From Allobaculum fili (GTDB taxonomy: Bacteria; Bacillota_I; Bacilli_A; Erysipelotrichales; Erysipelotrichaceae), in the NCBI RefSeq assembly GCF_020969955.1, contig NZ_JAHDSX010000024.1, forward strand, positions 3,084 to 35,083: a stretch of 32,000 nucleotides of DNA, written 5' to 3'. Below, one piece after another: positions 25,795 through 32,000 of the stretch (positions within the stretch are counted from its first letter, which is position 1; each line of letters starts with the position of its first letter). The notes below the pieces were generated by a model that was not told where the DNA came from, did no database searches, and saw only the letters and a program-made list of their open reading frames with translations. The position numbers and the translations under genes were made by a program.

Positions 25795-28025
25795 GATAAA
25801 TCCGAATGAACTGCGTCGTTTAGAGGTTCTTCGTTTTTTTGCGCTGTATTTTCGTCGATCCCGTTTTCCGGCTCCAGTCCGGAAAAATCGACAGAGCGAT
25901 CGACCGGCTCCTCGACCGGATTATCCTGTGCCGGATCCGAATCGAGCGAAGATGGGGTCATAGGCGGGAACGCTTCCTGATCTTCCGTGGCCTCCATCGT
26001 TTCGAAGTCTTCCTCAAACGGATCTTCGGGGTCAGCCTCATCGGGATCAAACAAAGACGCCTGCGAGAGTAGTGCCAGCGAGGCCAGCGGCGATTGCGAA
26101 TCCAGATTGGCGGGAAGCAGACTGTCGCTGTCCGAAACATTTAGCGGCCGCTCGTAAATCGCTCGGGCCTTTTCGATCTGATTGGTAAAGAGACGCTGCA
26201 AAGCTTCAAACTGATCGGCCTGCCGGGTTCCCGGATATTCGTAAAGCGAAATGATTTCGACCTGCGGAAAGATCGACTCCGAATCGCGGACCAGATCGTA
26301 AATCGAGCGGGCGATGCGCAGACGAGTCTGTACTTCCGGATTTCGTCCATTGAATACGTAAAGACCGGTAATCTGATCGTCCGGATGAATCGGCGAAATG
26401 GAAAACAGATACTTGAAGATCAGCGGGAAAATTTTCTGCTTTTTGACATCGTGCGACGTGGAGTACTTGGCATCGCCGAGAATGTAGCGGGCGCCTTTCC
26501 ACTTTGGACTTTCAATGCGGAATACGTAGTCCGGCGTGTAGTACGTTCCATAGGAAGATTCTTCACTGCCCTTGATCGGCATCGAAATCGATGTGGAGCG
26601 GCCAAGGCCGGTAATCGCGCGGTCTGGATGCTTGTGGTTGTAGATGACCGGCTGATAGTAAAGCGTGATTTTCAGATCGTCCTTCTGATAAATGTAGACG
26701 TTGTTGATCTCGGTGTTCTTATAAAACGTATCGCTTTCAAACGTGTAGTTGACCCGGTACGAACGGGTGCGCTGAAAGCCGCTGCTTTCGAAAAACTCGC
26801 CCAGCTTCGTCAGAACGTACACTTCATACATTTCCGTAATCTGCAAAAACGTTCGAACGAAGCGAAGATCGCCGACACTCACGTTTTTCCTCGCGAAGCA
26901 GCGGCTGATGCTTTCGTAAATCAGACGGTATGCGGGCAGCTGACGGAACGCCGGGGTCAGCGTCGGCGCTTTTTTCAGTTCAATGAGTCTGGCCGGAATG
27001 GCACGGGAATACACCTGATACAGATAACGGAACCCCGCGAGCAGATCCCGCAGTTCGTTTTCTGTCGAATCAAACGAGTTTTTCATGACTTCGTACAGGA
27101 AGGCCGCAGAGTTCTGCATGTTCGTGATCGTCTTGTCATGAAGAACCGACCGGGCAGGAATCAGCTTTTTCTCCCTGGCCAGTTCGGGAATCATGGCTTC
27201 AATATCGTCGCAGACACCCTTGAGAAACGAGAGAGTGACCTGATTTTCGTACACATCCGTCGTACTGAGCGTCTGATCGACGTGCGAGAGATCGGGAATA
27301 TATGTGTTCATTCCAATACGCAGACCGACGCGGGAATCGCGAACACGATGCAGGGCTTCTGGATGTCCCAGCAAATACCGCACGCTGGCCTGCATGGACT
27401 GGCTGCTGCCGTTCTGAGAGTGAAGCGCAGCTTTTCTTGGCCGCAGGCGAATGAGCCGCCAGGACCGTTCAAAAAGCGTCGCGGTCTGCTTGAGCTGACG
27501 GATCTTGTCTTCAAGCGAATAGTAGCCGGGCCCTTTAGATCCTTCCCGGGTATCGTAGTCTTCCCTGGTTCCGTAAAAGAGCATCGGATTGTGACGGGCA
27601 ATATAGGCGCCCATGGAATTGACGGAATAGTTTTCGTCCGTCAGCGGCGTGATGACTTCGATGTAGTCGGAGTAAAACATCTGAGCCGGTCCGCTGGCGT
27701 AAGTCACCCGGATGGTAAAGCGCGCAAAGCCAAAGGCATCGGCGAAAATCGATTTCGACCGGCCGCCGGGCGCGAAGTAGAGACGGTTGGTATTGGCGTA
27801 GTAGGTGGCACTGATCGGATAGTGGTTCAGCTGAACTTCCACATGCCGTATGTAGCCGGCACGCGGAACGCTGAGCTGCGCCGAATACGATCCCGTGGCA
27901 TACACCTGGGCTTTCTGCGCTTTTAACAAATAGGAGAGCGGCAGTACTTCATCGGCCGGATGCAGCGGAACTTCGATCAGTTCCGCCCGGTAGTCGTCAT
28001 AAAGCCGCAGTACGCTTTCGGACAT
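25788..28025 (-). CDS. McrC-like / DUF2357-like protein with C-terminal PD-(D/E)xK nuclease core and acidic low-complexity tail (745 aa)
   Basis: Start ATG 28025 shares one base with the upstream gene's stop (TGATG). Nuclease motifs: ITEMYEVYVLTKL (E398/E401), YYTPDYVFRI (D499), YILGDAKYS (D518-A-K520, DNA 26466-26474). The N-terminal 150 aa are beta-rich and the middle is helical. The last 118 aa or so are D/E/S/P-rich. The tracked ORF start (28097) lies inside the upstream gene. Confidence 0.8.
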   Translation of the reverse strand: MSESVLRLYDDYRAELIEVPLHPADEVLPLSYLLKAQKAQVYATGSYSAQLSVPRAGYIRHVEVQLNHYPISATYYANTNRLYFAPGGRSKSIFADAFGFARFTIRVTYASGPAQMFYSDYIEVITPLTDENYSVNSMGAYIARHNPMLFYGTREDYDTREGSKGPGYYSLEDKIRQLKQTATLFERSWRLIRLRPRKAALHSQNGSSQSMQASVRYLLGHPEALHRVRDSRVGLRIGMNTYIPDLSHVDQTLSTTDVYENQVTLSFLKGVCDDIEAMIPELAREKKLIPARSVLHDKTITNMQNSAAFLYEVMKNSFDSTENELRDLLAGFRYLYQVYSRAIPARLIELKKAPTLTPAFRQLPAYRLIYESISRCFARKNVSVGDLRFVRTFLQITEMYEVYVLTKLGEFFESSGFQRTRSYRVNYTFESDTFYKNTEINNVYIYQKDDLKITLYYQPVIYNHKHPDRAITGLGRSTSISMPIKGSEESSYGTYYTPDYVFRIESPKWKGARYILGDAKYSTSHDVKKQKIFPLIFKYLFSISPIHPDDQITGLYVFNGRNPEVQTRLRIARSIYDLVRDSESIFPQVEIISLYEYPGTRQADQFEALQRLFTNQIEKARAIYERPLNVSDSDSLLPANLDSQSPLASLALLSQASLFDPDEADPEDPFEEDFETMEATEDQEAFPPMTPSSLDSDPAQDNPVEEPVDRSVDFSGLEPENGIDENTAQKNEEPLNDAVHSDLSD

Positions 28026-30625
28026 CAGCTGAAGAACTGATAGAACTGCATGGAACCGTCTCCTTTTTCCATGATTTCCTTCAGTTTTCTGCCGCACTTA
28101 ATGAGTCCGCCTGTTTCGCAGACTTTTTTCATTTTTTCCAGAATGGTACGGAACTGGTGCGAAGACCCGTTGATTTTCGGAAGCAGACGCTGGAGTACGG
28201 CGTAGTCGAGCGCCATCGTGCCGGCATCACTATAGGCCTCGTCTTCATCGGGTACAAACCAGCGCAGAGCGGTCAGCACGTATTTGCGCAGCGCGCTTTC
28301 CGAACGGATGGAAACCGTAAGTCCGGCTTCCTTGAACAGAGCGGCCAGCGACTGATACACGTCTTCAAGCGCGCTTGGCAGCGTCTGGCTGTCTTCCTGC
28401 GGCAGGAACACTTCGTCAAGCTGTTCGTGCGTAATCAGCGAAGAGCGGAATTCGTCTTCCAGAAGCGGTCTGGCCGGCTTGAGCAGCAGACGCTTTTCCG
28501 GCATCGTAATGACCCAGGCACGGTCCAGCAGACGGCTGCTTAACGGTTCGGTCGTGTGGTCGGACTGAATGGCAGCCGCAAAATGCAGAGTCCTCGGAAT
28601 TTCAAACGTATACGTGTCGCCCAGCGCGATCGTACCGCGGATGGCGGCGTTTTCTTCCATGGACATGAAGTCGGCCCAGTAGTATTCCATGCTCGACAGG
28701 TTGGCATCGTCGAGAAGGACGAGCGCCGGGAGCGAATCCGAGCCGCTGTTTCCGCGGCTTTCCTGATTCAGAATGCTGAGCAGATCAAACAGACGCGGAT
28801 CCGCTTTTTCAAAGGAGCGGGTCAGCGAGTTGTAAAAGCCGATCAGATCGCGGCGGCTTGACCAGCCGCGTTCGACGCTGACGGAGACAAAACGGGAGCA
28901 GTACGGAAACTGCGGATGACTTTTTTCAAGTTCTGCCGGCTGATCGAGGTGAAGCGCCTGCGCCGTAACGCGGCAGATCGACGTTTTTCCAGAGCCTGGC
29001 TGACCAGTAAAGATAGTCAGGAAGCCCTGGGTCAGGCAGATGAGAATGTTCAGAATTTCATTGCGGGAATATTCCGGACGGCTTTTCTGCATCGTGAACA
29101 CCAGATAGTCCACGAGCTGTTCCTTCGAAAGGAAGGATCGCGGCATGGCCGCAATGGCGCGGGACGCCTGCTGGTAAATTTCCAGCCGTCTGGCATTTTC
29201 CAGACGGGCGGTATGTTCCATGAAGCGTTCGGAAATCATATCGTCAAATGAGATTTCCAGCGTTTTCTGGCTGGAGCGTTCGAGCAGTTCATCGAGTTTT
29301 CCCTGCAGGCCTTCCATCTGTACGTTGAGATCGGCAATGCTTTTTTCACGACGCGCAATTTCTTCCTGCAAGTAGGACGATCTTGCTTCCAGGTTGGCCA
29401 CATCCTTGCCGATATTGGCCTGCCGCAGCGCTTCCTGGAATTCTTCTTCGGCTTTGGCTTTCATGGACTTGAGCTGATCGAGCTCTTCCTGATAGCGTTC
29501 GAGCTGCTGCTTTGGCTGCAGGATTTCCAGCTCATCGACGGCTTTCTGGAGTTCTTCCTTCTGCGCCTTCAGTTCGCTGTTTTTCTGCTTGAGCTGGCTT
29601 GTAAACGTGACGTATTCCGAATACGCAGGGAGCGCTTCGACAAATTCCTCATTTTCGAGCAGCTCATGAACCATATCCATATAGTCAGGATCGTCCTTGC
29701 GGGCCTTGAACATTTCCGGAATGAGCGAGGAAAGTTCATTAAAAAGTTCGCCGTTTTTTGCGGACGATTCAAAGATCGCCTGAAGCCGCTTTACCCGCTC
29801 CGCAGCCAGTGCGGCCGGAATGTCCTTGCCGCTGATCAGCGAGTTCTGGTAACTGGCCAGCAGACTCGCAAACGCGGCGGGATCGACACCGATAGTTTTC
29901 GCCGTTTTTCCCTTGATGGATGCGGTAAAGTTTTCGATCAGTTCCTCATCGGAAATGGTGTCGGTCGGACACGGTTCGATGCCTTCGCCTTCGATGCGGA
30001 CATAGCCGCGCGTCACATCGATCTGTTCCAGCGTATGGATCCGATCCGCCAGAGAAGGCGAATACAGATAGCCGGAAATAATGGAGTTTTTCTGATCAAG
30101 CGAAGGATAGATCACCAGTTCATCGAGATCTTCGTCGTAACGGACCCGAAACGGACCGACGAGCGTATTTTCGATCGGACCTGGAATCATGACCCGCATA
30201 TCTTCGTTGACGTCGCGGGTATTCAAAATCACCGTTGAATCTTTACGCCAGTCCCCTTCTACGGCTTCCTGGGGCAGCGCATAGTACCAGCCCACATCTT
30301 CCATGCGAAGAATCGATCCGGAATACTGCTTGAACACATCGAGTTTCCAGGCGGAAGGATAGACGCTCCCATCGCTTTTCAAATTTGGAATGAGCTTATC
30401 GCTCTGAAAATCAATAATGACGTCGTCTCCGTCCTGAAACAGATCGTCTAAACGCATCGATGTCGAAGAGGAAAACAGATTCAGGTTGGGATACTGCGAT
30501 CCCGGAAGAATCTTCTCCACATCTTCATCGCTCAAACGAATAAATTTGTCTTTTTCATAAATGTACGTCGGATAAAAATTCACATAAAATCCGCTGGTTC
30601 GAATTTCTCCTACATAGCGCGGCAT
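28025..30625 (-). CDS. McrB-like AAA+ (AAA_5-type) P-loop NTPase with unknown N-terminal domain and long coiled coil (866 aa)
   Basis: Walker A GQPGSGKTS (aa 541-549, DNA 28982-29005). Walker B-like LVLLDDANLSS (aa 635-645), comparable to McrB hhhDEINRANLS. FAAAIQSDHTTEPLSSRLLDRAWVI is comparable to McrB GTMNTADRS...LRRRF. Heptad-rich, E/K/Q/L-rich segment at about aa 340-490. AAAGGAA upstream of ATG 30625. Confidence 0.8.
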   Translation of the reverse strand: MPRYVGEIRTSGFYVNFYPTYIYEKDKFIRLSDEDVEKILPGSQYPNLNLFSSSTSMRLDDLFQDGDDVIIDFQSDKLIPNLKSDGSVYPSAWKLDVFKQYSGSILRMEDVGWYYALPQEAVEGDWRKDSTVILNTRDVNEDMRVMIPGPIENTLVGPFRVRYDEDLDELVIYPSLDQKNSIISGYLYSPSLADRIHTLEQIDVTRGYVRIEGEGIEPCPTDTISDEELIENFTASIKGKTAKTIGVDPAAFASLLASYQNSLISGKDIPAALAAERVKRLQAIFESSAKNGELFNELSSLIPEMFKARKDDPDYMDMVHELLENEEFVEALPAYSEYVTFTSQLKQKNSELKAQKEELQKAVDELEILQPKQQLERYQEELDQLKSMKAKAEEEFQEALRQANIGKDVANLEARSSYLQEEIARREKSIADLNVQMEGLQGKLDELLERSSQKTLEISFDDMISERFMEHTARLENARRLEIYQQASRAIAAMPRSFLSKEQLVDYLVFTMQKSRPEYSRNEILNILICLTQGFLTIFTGQPGSGKTSICRVTAQALHLDQPAELEKSHPQFPYCSRFVSVSVERGWSSRRDLIGFYNSLTRSFEKADPRLFDLLSILNQESRGNSGSDSLPALVLLDDANLSSMEYYWADFMSMEENAAIRGTIALGDTYTFEIPRTLHFAAAIQSDHTTEPLSSRLLDRAWVITMPEKRLLLKPARPLLEDEFRSSLITHEQLDEVFLPQEDSQTLPSALEDVYQSLAALFKEAGLTVSIRSESALRKYVLTALRWFVPDEDEAYSDAGTMALDYAVLQRLLPKINGSSHQFRTILEKMKKVCETGGLIKCGRKLKEIMEKGDGSMQFYQFFS

Positions 30626-30912
30626 AGTTTCATTCCTTTCCTGCCTTTCGGCTGAATTAATTTGATTATAGGACCGATCCCGGCCAGATTTTACGTTAAG
30701 CCGCTGAATTCAGGGATGTTTAGAAAAAATATAGAAAAGGCGCTCCCGCTTTCCCCTATAATTGAATCGGTCTGTCCAGTCGCTTGATATTCAGCGCAGG
30801 CAATCTTGAATGTTTACGAATGTATTATTTCGTATTCGTTAAAATTGCGGTCGTTTAGGCAGCCGATCTGCACCGCTGCTTTAGGCGCTGGCTGGAGAAA
30901 AGAGGAAAATGC

Positions 30913-31686
30913 ATGCATTTTACATTTAAGGAAATCGAATACTACAAACCCGATGGAAAACCCGACATCTGTCTGGAATGCTTCAGCGTAATCGACCTGA
31001 ATGTCTATGAACTACTTGAATTCAGCCGCGACAAAAACAAGTGCTACTACTGGGCTTTGAAAAGTCAGATTACCGGCGATGTGAAAGCCTACATCACTTC
31101 GGTCTACTACATCGACGGCGAAAACAGCCTTACCGGAAAGCCGACGTTTAAAATCGTGCACGGTTTTGAATACGAAGACCCGCGCGAATATCACTGTCCG
31201 CGCTCGGTGCTCGACCGGCTGACGCCGACCACCGATCCGCGTGCCCTGCAATGGCGGCGCAAAGCGCAGTACGCGCTCAATCAGGCAGCCCTGCTCAATC
31301 AGAAATTTATCGAAGAACACCAGAAGGCGCAGCAGGAGCCGGATTTCTTGGTCCCTGCCCTGACTTCTTCTGTGACTGCGCTGATTGTTCAGGAAGAGAA
31401 GCTTCCCTTTTTGACCGAAGCAAAACCAGATAAGGTACACGATATGAAAAAAGAGGAAAACCAGACATACGCTTCAACTTCCCGTTCTCTTCTCAAAACC
31501 GACGCGGTGCTGCTTCCGCGCTCCCGTCATCAGACACCGAAACGCCGTCAGGTCCTTCTTGCGCCAAGACGTCTGAAAAAAGCAAAACGGCTGCCCAGAC
31601 GACCGAGCAAGGATCATCCTTCCTTTACTGCAGGCAAACCAATGCACTTTCAGGGCAATGTCCTGCTGCTGAATCTGAAATATTAA
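30913..31686 (+). CDS. Hypothetical protein; the N-terminal 130 aa or so resemble a phage/plasmid-associated domain with a CPxSxLDxLTPT...WR signature; basic low-complexity C-terminal half
   Basis: AGAGGAAAATGC precedes ATG 30913. ...YEDPREYHCPRSVLDRLTPTTDPRALQWRRKA... I recall this signature from the family named DUF6927, unverified. The C-terminal R/K/P-rich part may be non-native or frameshifted. Confidence 0.55.
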   Translation: MHFTFKEIEYYKPDGKPDICLECFSVIDLNVYELLEFSRDKNKCYYWALKSQITGDVKAYITSVYYIDGENSLTGKPTFKIVHGFEYEDPREYHCPRSVLDRLTPTTDPRALQWRRKAQYALNQAALLNQKFIEEHQKAQQEPDFLVPALTSSVTALIVQEEKLPFLTEAKPDKVHDMKKEENQTYASTSRSLLKTDAVLLPRSRHQTPKRRQVLLAPRRLKKAKRLPRRPSKDHPSFTAGKPMHFQGNVLLLNLKY

Positions 31687-31785
31687 GCGTACCTGTATCC
31701 TTTTCGCAATGGATTTTTGCGATTCTCTTTTCGCGACAGAGGATGACGCCTTCCGGCTGAATCCCTCCTGCCGACTCCATCCGCA

Positions 31786-31846
31786 GAAAAACCGGACTTT
31801 TCCGATCGTTTTCGATCCGGCAGAGTCCGGTTTGTTTGTTTTTTCT
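31786..31846. terminator. Bidirectional rho-independent terminator
   Basis: AAAAACCGGACT-25 nt-AGTCCGGTT followed by TGTTTGTTTTTTCTTT. The A-run on the other side serves the convergent minus-strand gene. Confidence 0.7.
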
Positions 31847-31895
31847 TTATGGCGATTTTGGACTGGCCGAATCGTAAGCGTCAAATAGAACCCGT

Positions 31896-32000
31896 CTAGA
31901 AATCGAGCGCAGACTCCTTCACAATTTCCGTGAAGACGTCTGCGCTCTTCTTTATAAAAAACTGCTCGACCGACTGCCCAGTGGGCTGCTGGTTGAGCAG
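31896..32000 (-). CDS. C-terminal end of an unidentified protein (gene starts beyond the window end)
   Basis: Open frame from the window edge to TAG at 31896-31898: LLNQQPTGQSVEQFFIKKSADVFTEIVKESALDF. It is followed by the bidirectional terminator. Too short to identify. Confidence 0.4.
   Translation of the reverse strand: MLNQQPTGQSVEQFFIKKSADVFTEIVKESALDF

Noticed and set aside
26385-27926. 513-aa plus-strand ORF inside the nuclease gene region
   Set aside because: Antisense to the McrC-like gene, whose frame carries the PD-(D/E)xK motifs and is translationally coupled to the NTPase gene. The antisense translation is R/F/G/V-rich and featureless.
31811-31832. ttcgatccggcagagtccgg resembling the tRNA-Leu T-arm (ttcgagtccgg) as a possible att repeat at the far end of the islet
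   Set aside because: There are only about 8-10 nt of interrupted identity, and the sequence is fully explained as one arm of the bidirectional terminator hairpin. This is not sufficient for an attachment-site call.
1-32000. Search by eye for CRISPR arrays, IS elements or transposases, integrases, rRNA, and other defence genes (methyltransferases, helicases, reverse transcriptase)
   Set aside because: I saw no regularly spaced repeats longer than two to three units, and no transposase, integrase or RT motifs in any listed ORF. The only RNA gene recognised is tRNA-Leu(CAA).

Overview
About 50% GC chromosomal segment with Bacillota (Firmicutes)-type gene order; most genes are on the minus strand. 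Region 1-16.1 kb holds two conserved housekeeping blocks. Block one is hemW-lepA-fmt, divergent rpsT, and holA. Block two is greA-mltG-DUF1292-ruvX-ireB-alaS-recD2-mnmA. A SatP-like membrane protein gene sits between the blocks. Compared with the B. subtilis order as I recall it, the sporulation genes gpr/spoIIP are absent. Region 16.1-25.2 kb is more accessory. It holds a long non-coding spacer with tandem repeats, an orphan XRE/HigA-like regulator, a 500-bp AT-rich spacer, a trifunctional siroheme-synthase fusion (SirC-CobA-HemD), a Nudix hydrolase, an Fe/cobalamin-type ABC importer, and a siroheme-type sulfite/nitrite reductase whose 3' end appears frameshifted. A tRNA-Leu(CAA) with a consensus promoter lies at 25.57 kb. 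Immediately after it (25.8-30.6 kb) is the most interesting locus: two large, translationally coupled genes (TGATG overlap). The first encodes an 866-aa protein with an unknown beta-rich N-terminal domain, a long coiled coil and a McrB/AAA_5-like P-loop NTPase. The second encodes a 745-aa McrC/DUF2357-like protein with a clear PD-(D/E)xK nuclease core and an acidic disordered tail. No methyltransferase, helicase or integrase is nearby. I interpret this as a McrBC-derived coiled-coil NTPase plus nuclease defence module. It resembles the computationally proposed CoCoNuT class, for which I know of no experimental characterisation. It is flanked by a divergently transcribed, phage/plasmid-like hypothetical gene. 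No CRISPR arrays, IS elements or rRNA genes were seen. All calls rest on reading the sequence and the ORF translations; no database searches were run.
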